A stretch of 62,485 nt of DNA, filler included. It is 7 parts of 7 records of this genome, joined end to end, with 100 filler letters (N's around TTAATTAATTAA, not from the genome) between each part and the next. Parts side by side here need not be neighbours in the genome. Positions count along the whole stretch, not along the records: positions 1 to 27,615 come from SRR20825010_6435; 6 more parts are not named here. One strand, given 5' to 3'. The notes under the pieces were generated by a model. It saw only the letters and a program-made list of their open reading frames with translations, was not told the DNA's origin and did no database searches. The stretch's first letter is position 1; every line of letters starts with the position of its first letter. Position numbers and translations under genes: made by a program. This document shows, piece by piece, positions 1-10,246 of this stretch.

Positions 1-4
1 AACC

Positions 5-67
5 TGTAGCTCGGTGGTCCCCCACCGAGAGCTGATTCTCATTCACGACGGAGACCGCCGTGCCACA
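5..67. repeat. REP-like inverted doublet (GTAG/GTGG-headed palindromes)
   Basis: tgtagctcggtggtcccccaccgag (5-29) resembles the reverse complement of cacgacggagaccgccgtgccaca (44-67); each unit is a hairpin; located just past the leuS stop. Confidence 0.55.
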
Positions 68-72
68 GGAAG

Positions 73-2925
73 TCACTTGACGACCAGGTTCACCATGCGG
101 CCGGGGACGGCGATCGTTTTGACAACCTTCTTGTCGCCGATCGCGTTTTGAACCGCAGGATCTGCGAGCGCTGCTTCGCCCATCTCGTTCGGTTTCGCAT
201 CGGGTGACAACGAGATCTTCGCCTTGACCTTCCCGTTGATCTGAACCGGAATCTCGATGCTGGACTGAACCAATGCGGCTTCGTCCCACTTCGGCCAAGG
301 CTGCAGCGAAATCGATTCGTTGTGACCGAGGTGCTTCCACAGCTCTTCGCACATGTGGGGTGCGTAGGGAGCCAGCAAGATCAGGAACGATTCCATCGCT
401 TCACGAGGTCGCGTTTCGCAGCGTGTGAAGTGGTTGGTGAATTCCATCATCTTCGCAATCGCCGTGTTGAAACTCATCGCCTCGTTGTCTTCGGTGACCT
501 TGCGAATCGTTTGGTGCAGCACGCGAAGTTGCTCTTCATCGCAGGCCGTGTCCACCACCGCGTCGGAAACCTTCAGCTCGTCCTCGGGCTCGTCGATGAT
601 CATCCGCCAGACGCGATCGAGGAAGCTGCGAACGCCGCCGACGCCGTTCATCGCCCAAGGCTTGGTCGCCTCCAGTGGGCCCATGAACATCTCGTACAAA
701 CGCAATGAGTCCGCGCCATAGTCGCGAACGACCGAGTCTGGGTTGACCACGTTGCCGCGGCTCTTACTCATCTTGAATGCGCGACTGTCGACCTTGATCG
801 AGGCGTCGGATGCCAAGACAAATCCTTCGCCTTTCTTGACGACTTGTTCTTCCGTCAACGAAACGATTTCGACTTGTTCGCCGGTGGCCTTGTGAACGCG
901 GTTGCCCTCGGCGTCTTTCTTGACGTCTTTCGTGGAGACGTGTTTGCCGGACGGATCCACGAAGCTGGTGAATTCAACCTCACCCAGAATCATGCCTTGA
1001 TTGACGAGTTTGCCAAACGGTTCGGGGCAAGTCACATGGCCGCGATCGAACAGGACTTTGTGCCAGAACCTTGAGTACAGCAAGTGCAACACAGCGTGCT
1101 CAGCACCACCGACGTACAAGTCAACCGGCATCCAATCCTTTTCCTTTTGCGGATCGATCAATGCGTCGCTGTTCTTGGGATCGATGTACCGCAAGTAGTA
1201 CCAGCACGAACCGGCCCACTGCGGCATCGTGTTGGTTTCGCGGCGGTAGCGTTTGCCGTCGAGCTCCACGATCAACCAATCGTCATCGGCTTTCGCGAGC
1301 GGTGGCTCGGGGCGTCCGTGAGGTTTGAAGTCCGCCAGTTCCGGCAACGTCACCGGCAATTGATCGTCGGGGACCAAGCGACGCACGCCGGTCGCGTTGC
1401 CATCGGCGTCAATTTCATGCAAGACGGGGAAGGGCTCGCCCCAGAAACGCTGGCGGCTGAACAACCAATCCCGCAGCTTGTAATTGACGGCTTCGCAGGC
1501 CAAGCCTTGTTTGGCCAATTCCGCGGTCAAAGCGGCTTTGACTTCTGTGGTTGTTTTGCCATCGTATTCACCGCTGTTGATCGCAACGCCTTCCGCAGCG
1601 AAGCAAGCTTTGCCAGCCAAAATCTCTTCGCGTTGCTTGTGGTCCGCGGGAGGATCGACGACTGGGATGACAGGCAAATCAAACGCCACGGCGAATTCAA
1701 AATCGCGTTCGTCGTGAGCGGGGACGGCCATGATCGCGCCGGTTCCATAACCTGCCAACACATAGTCCGCGACCCAAATCGGGATGCTGCGTCCGTCGGC
1801 AGGGTTGATCGCGTACGAGCCCGTGAAGACGCCCGTTTTGGCTCGATCGCCATCGGTTCGTTCACGGTCGCTCTTAAACGAAGCCTTTTCGCGATAGGCG
1901 TCGACTTCGTCTTTCTGTTCGGGTTTGACCAACACCTCGATCAACGGGTGTTCGGGCGCGACAACCATGTAGGTTGCTCCGAACAGTGTGTCGGGACGCG
2001 TCGTGTAAACACGCAAGCAATCCTTGCCGGGATCGGTTGGAAAGCCTTCACTTTCGCGAGCTCGCTTGAATGCAACGAACGGACCGGTGTCGTCGCCGGC
2101 GGCACCGCGTTGCAAGTAGAAGTCGACTTCGCCACCGGTGCTGCGGCCAATCCAATCGGACTGCAATTTCTTGATGCCGGTTGGCCAATCGAGATCGTCC
2201 AAACCGTCCAACAGACGTTCGGCGTAATCTGTGATCCGCAACATCCATTGCCGCAGGGGAATCCGTTTGACCGGATGCCCACCGACTTCACTTTTGCCAT
2301 CGACCACTTCTTCGTTGGCCAACACCGTGCCGAGTTTTGGGCACCAGTTCACCAAGGCGTCATCGAGGTAAGCCAATCGCTTTGAATCGCGATACTGCTC
2401 GATTGCCAACTCGCCTTCCGCGGTGACTTCGGCAGGGATCGGCAACTCCGAGATCGGCCGGCCTTTTTGTTGGTCGTGGTCGAACCAGGTGTCGTACAAC
2501 ACGCCGAAGATCCACTGCGTCCAGCGGAAGTACTCTTCGTCGGTGGTCGCCAAGACTCGGTCCCAGTCGTAGCTGAAACCGAGCATCTTCAATTGGCGAG
2601 TGAAGTTGTCGATGTTGCGTTGAGTTTGAACGCGAGGGTGCTCGCCCGTCTTGATCGCATGCTCTTCGGCGGGCAATCCAAACGCGTCGAATCCCATCGG
2701 GTGCAAAACCGATTCCCCGCGAGCCCGTGCGAATCGCGAAACGATGTCGGTCGCCGTGTAGCCTTCTGGGTGCCCGACGTGCAATCCGTCACCACTGGGG
2801 TAGGGGAACATGTCCAGCACGTAGCGTTTCTTTTCGCCGACTTTTTCGGGCGTGGCGAAAGTGTGGTGTTCGTCCCAGTAGGCTTGCCAGCGAGGTTCGA
2901 TTTCGTTGGGGTTGTAGCGGACCAT
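73..2925 (-). CDS. leuS: leucine--tRNA ligase
   Basis: MFPYPSG, HIGH-like LHVGH, KMSKS, editing-domain motifs TTRPDT and [18 protein letters not shown]-terminal VQINGK. Confidence 0.99.
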   Translation of the reverse strand: MVRYNPNEIEPRWQAYWDEHHTFATPEKVGEKKRYVLDMFPYPSGDGLHVGHPEGYTATDIVSRFARARGESVLHPMGFDAFGLPAEEHAIKTGEHPRVQTQRNIDNFTRQLKMLGFSYDWDRVLATTDEEYFRWTQWIFGVLYDTWFDHDQQKGRPISELPIPAEVTAEGELAIEQYRDSKRLAYLDDALVNWCPKLGTVLANEEVVDGKSEVGGHPVKRIPLRQWMLRITDYAERLLDGLDDLDWPTGIKKLQSDWIGRSTGGEVDFYLQRGAAGDDTGPFVAFKRARESEGFPTDPGKDCLRVYTTRPDTLFGATYMVVAPEHPLIEVLVKPEQKDEVDAYREKASFKSDRERTDGDRAKTGVFTGSYAINPADGRSIPIWVADYVLAGYGTGAIMAVPAHDERDFEFAVAFDLPVIPVVDPPADHKQREEILAGKACFAAEGVAINSGEYDGKTTTEVKAALTAELAKQGLACEAVNYKLRDWLFSRQRFWGEPFPVLHEIDADGNATGVRRLVPDDQLPVTLPELADFKPHGRPEPPLAKADDDWLIVELDGKRYRRETNTMPQWAGSCWYYLRYIDPKNSDALIDPQKEKDWMPVDLYVGGAEHAVLHLLYSRFWHKVLFDRGHVTCPEPFGKLVNQGMILGEVEFTSFVDPSGKHVSTKDVKKDAEGNRVHKATGEQVEIVSLTEEQVVKKGEGFVLASDASIKVDSRAFKMSKSRGNVVNPDSVVRDYGADSLRLYEMFMGPLEATKPWAMNGVGGVRSFLDRVWRMIIDEPEDELKVSDAVVDTACDEEQLRVLHQTIRKVTEDNEAMSFNTAIAKMMEFTNHFTRCETRPREAMESFLILLAPYAPHMCEELWKHLGHNESISLQPWPKWDEAALVQSSIEIPVQINGKVKAKISLSPDAKPNEMGEAALADPAVQNAIGDKKVVKTIAVPGRMVNLVVK

Positions 2926-3116
2926 GTCGTCTTAGCGATGCGGGGAAGGGCAGGGCAGAGCAGGGCAGGGCACTCGCGAAGAAAAAACGACCACCTTGCG
3001 TTGCAAACAGGTTCCCTCAGGGGGCGTTTTCGGGCAAGCGGTCTGGTGCGAGAGCTGCGAGGGAGGAGAGCTGGATGCGGCGCGTGGGGTTCGCTGGATC
3101 GTTCGGTTCGGAGCGG

Positions 3117-4058
3117 TCAGGCGACGCCGATCGCACGGATCAGAACCAGCACGCTCGCCGCGACCACCAAGCTCAGGGCAGCCGTTCGTCGCAACCAGAC
3201 TCCTGCGGGTTGGGTCACCGCGACCCATTCGGCTCGAAACGCCATCTCCGTCCAATTCTCGCCCTCGTCTTGAGCCAGCGACGCTTCTTCTTTCTGTTCG
3301 CTGATGCCCAGCGATGCGAGTTCCAACCGGCGGGCAGGGCAGGTCTCGACCCAGGTCCAGCCCGTGATGGCGACCATGAGAGCCACGCCGATCGCCCAGG
3401 CCCAGGCTCGAGTCGGCCACGACATGGGCAGCGCGCTCACCTCGATGGAGTTCGCAAACATCGCGATGCGATCCGCGTTGGCTCGCTCGTATCCGGCCAA
3501 CCATTCGTTGGTGCGTTCAGTTTCGCTCTGCCAAAAAGTGGGCCACTTGGACGCCGCAGTGGACTTTTCTAAAGACTGCTCAGCCGACGAATCGGGCATC
3601 GAGTGGCTGGCCAATCGAAGTGGCGATTCCTGATCGCTCTCGTTCAAAGCGACTCGGTCCTGTGCGGCTTTTGCGTAGAAGGCTGCCACTTCGCTTCGCC
3701 AACGCACCCATCCCACATTGGCAGATGCTTTGGGCTGTTGAGCGTCCAGCAGACGTTTGCGAAACCCGTCCACGTTGTCGCTGGTCACAATGCGGTGTGA
3801 CCATTCGGTGGCATTGAGATCAGCCGCCGACGTTTCGTTGCGAACCGCCTGCGGATAAGAAACCCGATGCTGGGTTGGCCTCGGCGGCCAGATTGCCATC
3901 ACCAATGTGAAACAGGCGATCGAAGTGACCGCGATGCCGACGTGCGGGTTGCGTGTTAGGATTCTCAATGCAGCGAACTTGCCAGACACGAAACGATGCC
4001 ACTGAAAATGCGAGGGATCGGCGGTTTGAACGTGCCCGAAGATCTCGAGACCGTCCAT
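3117..4058 (-). CDS. hypothetical membrane protein
   Basis: 313-aa ORF with about three hydrophobic segments, filling the leuS-trpF gap; no family recognised. Confidence 0.6.
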   Translation of the reverse strand: MDGLEIFGHVQTADPSHFQWHRFVSGKFAALRILTRNPHVGIAVTSIACFTLVMAIWPPRPTQHRVSYPQAVRNETSAADLNATEWSHRIVTSDNVDGFRKRLLDAQQPKASANVGWVRWRSEVAAFYAKAAQDRVALNESDQESPLRLASHSMPDSSAEQSLEKSTAASKWPTFWQSETERTNEWLAGYERANADRIAMFANSIEVSALPMSWPTRAWAWAIGVALMVAITGWTWVETCPARRLELASLGISEQKEEASLAQDEGENWTEMAFRAEWVAVTQPAGVWLRRTAALSLVVAASVLVLIRAIGVA

Positions 4059-4109
4059 CTTGATGATCGGTCAGTTCCACTTCGGTGATCCAGGAAACTT
4101 GAGACGATT

Positions 4110-4847
4110 GTGACAACCTTGCCTCCCGTCGGCCCCAGCGATCCCCCCACCATGCAACCATCTCGGGCTCCGTTTGCAATCAAAATCTGCGGTATGCGAA
4201 GCGTGCAGGATGTGCGATCCGTTGCCGATGCTGGAGCCGACGCGGTCGGATTGAACTTCTACGAACCCAGCGTCCGTTCGCTCAACCCCGATGCGGAGGA
4301 AACCATCCGAATCAACGAAGTCGCTCGAGAAGTGGGGCTGACGCGAGTTGGATTGTTCGTCAACCATGACTTGGAGTTCATCCAGCGGGTGGCTGGTTCG
4401 TTGCAGCTCGATTGGATCCAGTTGCATGGTGACGAACCTGTGTCGCTGGCAGAAGATCTGGTGCGAGCTGGCCAAAGTATCTTGCGAGCGATTCGGTTGC
4501 CCCGCGGGAAACTCAAGCTGGGACAGATTGATGATGTCATCGGCAAGTGGAATGAGGTGGATGTCTCGTACTTGCTCGACGCGGACGCGGGAGCCTCGTT
4601 TGGAGGAGGCGGTCAGCCTTTGGATTGGCCGAGCATACGAGCGTGGGCGGATCGTCGAGATGATTCGGCGACAGGATGGGTGTTGGCCGGAGGTCTCAAT
4701 CCCGAAAACGTGCGAGAAGCGATTCAGGTCAGCGGGGCGACCAGCGTCGATGTCGCCAGCGGGGTCGAGCAGCCCAAAGGTCGCAAAAACGCCGAGAAAA
4801 TCCGCCAATTCGTCGCAGCCGTCCAGCCCGGTCAAGCGACTCGATGA
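4110..4847 (+). CDS. trpF: phosphoribosylanthranilate isomerase
   Basis: IKICG, GADAVG, QLHGDE, LAGGLNPENV, VDVASGVE motifs; start may be ATG 4152. Confidence 0.97.
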   Translation: MTTLPPVGPSDPPTMQPSRAPFAIKICGMRSVQDVRSVADAGADAVGLNFYEPSVRSLNPDAEETIRINEVAREVGLTRVGLFVNHDLEFIQRVAGSLQLDWIQLHGDEPVSLAEDLVRAGQSILRAIRLPRGKLKLGQIDDVIGKWNEVDVSYLLDADAGASFGGGGQPLDWPSIRAWADRRDDSATGWVLAGGLNPENVREAIQVSGATSVDVASGVEQPKGRKNAEKIRQFVAAVQPGQATR

Positions 4848-4922
4848 TTCCAGCATGACTGGGCGTTGACGCCAGGCAGATTTGTGCCAAACTTTCCCGT
4901 CCAGCAAAGACCAACACAGCTC

Positions 4923-5007
<85 letters not shown>

Positions 5008-5014
5008 TCCAAAG

Positions 5015-5039
5015 AACCCCGTGATTCACGGGGTTTTTT
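5015..5039 (+). terminator. rho-independent terminator after the tRNA
   Basis: aaccccgtga-t-tcacggggtt followed by a T run. Confidence 0.8.
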
Positions 5040-5387
5040 CATGCGCGGACGGTATTTCCCGTCGTCGGCATTCCCGGCAGAATGGTCAGGAATGGACCCT
5101 GATTTACCACGGTTGCCTGAATCAGGTGCAACCAGTGGTGCAGCCGTTCATCTGATGGTGGGTTTCGTTTGAGATTCTGTGGCCACAGCGTCTTCCACAC
5201 CAAGCCCGGTGGTACGAGGTGTCGCGCTGGATTCGAGACGAGGTAGCGTTCGACAGCATTTCCTGTTCGCCGAGCGTCGTATTGCTTCTGTGGTCGGCGG
5301 ACAGCGACGATGAACCGGACGCTAGTGCGTTTCGGCTGATGGGGGTGAGTGGCAGCATTCGCTGTTCTGAAGTGCGTCTGACCAAGA

Positions 5388-7070
5388 TCACTTTTCGAGA
5401 GCGATTGTCTCGGCGATATTTCTGGCGTGGTCTCGAACACGAATGTATGCATTCAGGGCGGCCATGAATGCGACGCTGACCACGGGCGGGATCGTGCCAG
5501 CGGAAAGTTCTTCCAAATGTTTCCGACGTAAAGCCTTCACCTGATCTCGGATGCGTTTGCCGCTAGCATCGGTGCTGGTCAAGATGTTGGGGTTGGAAGC
5601 TGATAAGGCCTCGTAAATATCATGGGTGTAGGTTTTTACGTGGCGATTGAGTGTTTCCAAGTCCGCTCGCTGAGACTCGGTGAAACGAAATCCGTCGCGT
5701 CTTAGCTTTCGATCAAACTTGTCTAAGTTGACGATGTAGTCACTGATGGATTCGTATTCATCGGCCAGTCGCAATTGCCGGCGTCCCTCTTCCGCCGTCG
5801 CGTGCGAGACGTTCCCGGAGAGCAAGTTGGTAATGAACGCAGCGACTTCGTCTTGGACCGAATCCAACACTCGTTCGCGTTGTCGTAGTCGGTCGCCGAG
5901 TTGCTTGTTGGGTTCGTCGGCTTGCATCAGTTCCAAATGCCAGTCGAGCATTTTTAGGCAACCGTCGCCCATCTTGAGGATCTCTTTGCGGGATTGCTCG
6001 ATCGCAAGAAGTGGCGTTTCCAAGATACGGATGTCTAGATCCGTTAGACGCGGTTTTTCTTTGTAAGACAGCGACGGAATGATCCGTTCCAGGAAACGCA
6101 CCATCGGCGTCAAGAATGGCATGAACAACAGTGTATTGCACACGTTGAAAACGCTGTGTGTCGCCGCGATGGCTGCGACCGTATTGGGATAGGTTTCGTT
6201 CCCATCGACCAAGACTGATTCAGTTACGTCGACACCGACGATGCCTTGAATCAGTTGGATGTACCACTGGAAGATCAACGTGATCCAGAACACGCCAATC
6301 AGATTGAAGATCACGTGAAAGTATGCGGCACGTTTTGCATTCGTAGTGGTTCCTAGCGACGCTAGAAAAGCTGTGATCGTTGTTCCGAGGTTTTCACCCA
6401 AGATCAAAGCAGCGGCGGTCGGGTACGAGATCACGCCTTGGGTCGCTAGCGAGATTGTGATGCCGAGCGTTGCGGAGGAGGACTGGACCAACGTCGTGAG
6501 GACGCAGCCGACGAGAGCGCATTTCAGAACACCCACGTACGTGTCGGCTTGGAAACGTGCGAACCAAGCTTCGAAGTCAGGCATCTCTTTGATGATTGAA
6601 CAAGCGTCCTTCATCACTTCAAGCCCAAAGAACACCATGCCGATGCCCATCACAAACATCGCCCAGTAACGCCAGCGATCGTTGCGGGTGAACAGGTACA
6701 TGAATGCCGCAAAACCCAGCAGCGGCAACCCGTATTTGCCGATCTTCAAAACCAGAATCCAGCCGGTGATCGTCGTGCCAATATTGGCTCCCATGATCAC
6801 GCCGACCGCCTGTGACAAACTCATCACGCCACTGTTGACGAATCCGACAACCATCACCGTTGTGATCGAGCTGGATTGAACGATACAAGTCACGATAATG
6901 CCGACGGTCGTGGCGAAAACCCGATGGTTCGTGACCGCGCCGACCAAACGACGAAGGCTATTCCCAGCGACGGCCTGCATTCCGTCAGACATGTGCTTCA
7001 TGCCCAACAGAAAAATGCCTAGGCCGCCGGCCAGTTCGAAAATCATCTTGATCAGCGTGGAAGAATCCAA
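5388..7070 (-). CDS. Na+/Pi cotransporter family protein with PhoU-like C-terminal domain
   Basis: two QSSS repeats (VQSSSITT, VQSSSATL), GANIGTT/GENLGTT, helical C-terminus ending RVRDHARNIAE. Confidence 0.95.
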   Translation of the reverse strand: MDSSTLIKMIFELAGGLGIFLLGMKHMSDGMQAVAGNSLRRLVGAVTNHRVFATTVGIIVTCIVQSSSITTVMVVGFVNSGVMSLSQAVGVIMGANIGTTITGWILVLKIGKYGLPLLGFAAFMYLFTRNDRWRYWAMFVMGIGMVFFGLEVMKDACSIIKEMPDFEAWFARFQADTYVGVLKCALVGCVLTTLVQSSSATLGITISLATQGVISYPTAAALILGENLGTTITAFLASLGTTTNAKRAAYFHVIFNLIGVFWITLIFQWYIQLIQGIVGVDVTESVLVDGNETYPNTVAAIAATHSVFNVCNTLLFMPFLTPMVRFLERIIPSLSYKEKPRLTDLDIRILETPLLAIEQSRKEILKMGDGCLKMLDWHLELMQADEPNKQLGDRLRQRERVLDSVQDEVAAFITNLLSGNVSHATAEEGRRQLRLADEYESISDYIVNLDKFDRKLRRDGFRFTESQRADLETLNRHVKTYTHDIYEALSASNPNILTSTDASGKRIRDQVKALRRKHLEELSAGTIPPVVSVAFMAALNAYIRVRDHARNIAETIALEK

Positions 7071-7102
7071 GGGTTTCCCGTCCCAAATCTTCGGAATTGG
7101 AC

Positions 7103-7120
7103 TGTTAAGATCGCGTGAAG
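7103..7120 (-). promoter_or_regulatory. candidate Pho box upstream of the Na/Pi cotransporter
   Basis: minus strand cTTCAC-gcgatc-TTAACa: two half-sites 11 bp apart, about 35-50 nt upstream of the start. Confidence 0.4.
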
Positions 7121-7644
7121 ACGCGGCGATGCGGCGGGATTGTAACCTGACAGACCACTTTTGGGGTGCGTTCGATTGAATTTAACGGCGAGCGTGAAGG
7201 GGGTTGGTTGCCCCGGAATAGCACTGCCAGCCGGCATTGCACCACAAGAATTGTCCCCGCCAAATCAGCTGATTCGATTGGCTTTCAAGATCCGCACCGC
7301 CGCCTAGACGCGGCCTTTTCATTTGATGTGGTGTCAACAGCGAGGGTTTAGTTCTTGTTTGGTCGCTTCCATGGACTGGCCCCGCTCTAAGCGAAGGGCA
7401 CCAGAAGGTTGATTGGCAAACGTTTCAGTGTGCCGGAAATCTCGCACCTGTGGCTCGCCGGTTTTGCGTGTCAACCAATGTGTCGTTTTCCATCGCAGCG
7501 AAGCCGATTCGAGGCTGGGGATTTCAGCTCGATCATGCTGCCATGATTGGTTCATATGCTAGCGTAGGCACGCAGCGCGGCGGCCGTTTTGTATTTCATC
7601 GGGGGCGTTCTTCGGAAAGCAGAAGAGTTGGCGAGGACCCGCGT

Positions 7645-8466
7645 CTACGACTTCTCTGCTTTCACATAGTCGCCACGGCTGAAGTATTTCTCGAGCCAAA
7701 CGTACGCAACGATGAAGAAGTAGCGACTTCCCATCTCTCGGACTTTAAGTTTCGCCAGTCCAGTGCGTCGATTCCGCCACGTAATAGGAATGACAGTCCA
7801 TGAATAGCCACGTGCGATGGACTTCAGTGGTAATTCGACAGTCAGATTAAAATGAGGCGAAAGAAATGGTCGGCATCCGTCCAGCGTAGTCCGCCGATAT
7901 GCTTTGAAGGCATTTGTCGTGTCGTTCAGCTTGATTCGAAAAAGGAAGCGGATCAAATGATTGGCTGTTCGATTCAAGAACAATTTCAGCCAGGGATAAT
8001 CGACAACACCCCCACCTTTCACGAATCGACTTCCGAAGACGGCATCGAAACCTTCGTTCAATAAGTTCCAGTAGCGGACGACGTCGCGGCAATCATCTGA
8101 TTCATCAGCCATCATGATGACAACGGCATCGCCTTCGGACTGATCAATTCCATACCGAATTGCAAGTCCGAAGCCGTGTTCGCCAACGTTTTGCACGGGC
8201 TTCAAAGCGGGGAGCGTATTTGCCATTTCGGATAGAATTGCCCAAGTTCTGTCTGAGCTTCCGTCATCGACGACGACAATTTCGTGAGGTACCTCTTTGA
8301 GTCGTAGTTCCAAATGCAGGTGTTCGACACTGGAGCGAATGCAGCCTTCTTCGTCTCGAGCAGGAATAACAACCGAAAGAAGCTTCAATTCGTCTACGCC
8401 TTTGTCCGGAGAGGCACTTTCTATCTCAGGGCCTGGGATCGCTTGTTCTTTTTGTTCTTCGGGCAC
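7645..8466 (-). CDS. family 2 glycosyltransferase (DPM1-like)
   Basis: SVVIPARDE, VVDDGSSD, MADESD, GSRF motifs. Confidence 0.93.
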   Translation of the reverse strand: MPEEQKEQAIPGPEIESASPDKGVDELKLLSVVIPARDEEGCIRSSVEHLHLELRLKEVPHEIVVVDDGSSDRTWAILSEMANTLPALKPVQNVGEHGFGLAIRYGIDQSEGDAVVIMMADESDDCRDVVRYWNLLNEGFDAVFGSRFVKGGGVVDYPWLKLFLNRTANHLIRFLFRIKLNDTTNAFKAYRRTTLDGCRPFLSPHFNLTVELPLKSIARGYSWTVIPITWRNRRTGLAKLKVREMGSRYFFIVAYVWLEKYFSRGDYVKAEKS

Positions 8467-8576
8467 CGGGTTAAACCACTTTGTTTCGCATTGATTCCAC
8501 GGGTGAATCTATCTGAGGTCGTGATTGAGGGACAGGAAGATGGATTCGTTGCAGTGTGAGGCATGGCTGCAGGCTG

Positions 8577-9641
8577 TCATGATGAGATGTCAAGCCAGTC
8601 AGGGTTTTGCTCCGCATAGTCCGCGATCTCCGCGAAAATTTCCTCTTTCTCTGTTTCCGGACGCCATCCCCAAGTCTCTTTCGCCAGCTTATTGTCTAGT
8701 ACCACCCAAGGGAGGTCGAAAGGCCGATTGGTATGCTGAGATGAGACGGGGTGAATGCCAAAACGCCTGTCGCACCAAGCGGTGAGTTGCTGCAAAGAGA
8801 CTGCTGATTCGACCCCACCGGAAACGTTAGTAATCAAGGGCATCCCATGAAGTTCCGATTGCATTTGACGAGTAATGAGTGCCAGCAAGTCGCGTGGGTG
8901 GAGGCAATCACGAACCTGATGCCCGAGCGCGTCGAAACCAGTGTAGTGCAACGAACGACGGGCCTGATGGCTGTGGATCCAGAACGCGATGATTCCTTGG
9001 TCCGGCCGTCCAAATTGTCCAGCTCCCGCCAAAATGCCGCAGCGATTGACCAAACAAGGAAATCCAAAAGTCGCCGCGTATTCGAGTGCGATCTGTTCGG
9101 AGGCACGCTTGGTCGATCCATAAAGTGATACGGGTGGAGTGGTCGAGAAGCTTTCGCTGATACCAGCCTCGGTCATACCTTTGGGGAACGGTAGCTTGGG
9201 AACGTACGCACCGTCTCGAATTTCGATCGAAAGTTTCGCTAGTGGATGGATCGAATAAACACGACTGCTGCTTAGCAAAACAAGACCGGCCTGCGAGCGT
9301 TTGCAAAGCTCCAGCACGTTGAGTGTGCCGATCAGATTGTGCTCGACAAGCTGTCGACTGCTTGTTTGGCCATCAACACCAGCTAAGACGGAGGGCTTGG
9401 CCGCCGCATCGATCACCCAGTCGATGTCCCCAATGCAATCGAGGTCGGACGAGTTTCGTAAATCGCCGTGCAACACGTTGATACCACGCGACATCAAATC
9501 GCGACGATTGATGTCGCTTCCTGGACGAGCGAGGTTGTCGATCCCTGTGATTTCCCAATCCAGGTTATGTTCCGCGGCCAGTTTGGCGAGCGTGTTCCCA
9601 ACGAAACCACAGATCCCTGTGATAAAAACTCGCGTCGCCAC
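8577..9641 (-). CDS. NAD-dependent sugar epimerase/dehydratase (CDP-paratose 2-epimerase-like)
   Basis: ITGICGFVG, YGSTK, QVRD motifs; GTG start at 9641 chosen from the upstream GGAG. Confidence 0.9.
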   Translation of the reverse strand: MATRVFITGICGFVGNTLAKLAAEHNLDWEITGIDNLARPGSDINRRDLMSRGINVLHGDLRNSSDLDCIGDIDWVIDAAAKPSVLAGVDGQTSSRQLVEHNLIGTLNVLELCKRSQAGLVLLSSSRVYSIHPLAKLSIEIRDGAYVPKLPFPKGMTEAGISESFSTTPPVSLYGSTKRASEQIALEYAATFGFPCLVNRCGILAGAGQFGRPDQGIIAFWIHSHQARRSLHYTGFDALGHQVRDCLHPRDLLALITRQMQSELHGMPLITNVSGGVESAVSLQQLTAWCDRRFGIHPVSSQHTNRPFDLPWVVLDNKLAKETWGWRPETEKEEIFAEIADYAEQNPDWLDISS

Positions 9642-10246
9642 TCGATTCTCCCAATCCCAAAAAAACTTCGCACACATGTCCGAGCAACCGATCGCCTTGG
9701 TTCCATCATAGTCTGCAAGCGATAGCGAGGGCGATGCGGCTTAATGAGTAATCAGCCGGCACGGATCGGCAGTTGAGGCAGTTTTTAATTCGAATTGAAA
9801 CAACAGCAAGCGAATGAAGACGGTGAGAAGCTCGTTTACGCGGCCGGCGGATTGTTCGTCACGGTTGCTCGGCAAATGAATAGCTGCCGACGATCATCGA
9901 CTAAGCGGAATGCCTGTTGCATTTGAGAGGCTGATTTGGAAGAGACGATCGTAGAGCTTGGGATATCAATTGGACCGTGGGGGGGAGTCTGTTGGCTATG
10001 CATTGCCGACGCACGAGTCGGGGGAAGAGTTGGGGCGGGCGTCGCGAAATATTAACCGCGTGATTTGTTGCGGGGAACCATTCGCTTCACGGGGTGGGTC
10101 CAGGAAAACGAAGGAGCATGCGAGCGCAATCGGCTGAGGCGGCCTGTTGCCTTTCCGCTTGTTTCCCCCTCTCTGGCAGAGTCGCGTAGGACACCAGAGT
10201 TTAAGAGGGCGATGATTGGTGACTCAGTGACCAATCTGTTGGTGGT

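Noticed and set aside
1084-2385. 433-aa plus-strand ORF (similar cases at 17035-18096, 21362-22393, 31516-32766 and 39827-40783)
   Set aside because: Antisense shadows of well-supported genes in GC-rich DNA, with no motifs of their own.
2942-2971. gggca/gagca short tandem upstream of leuS
   Set aside because: Low-complexity run with no supportable function.
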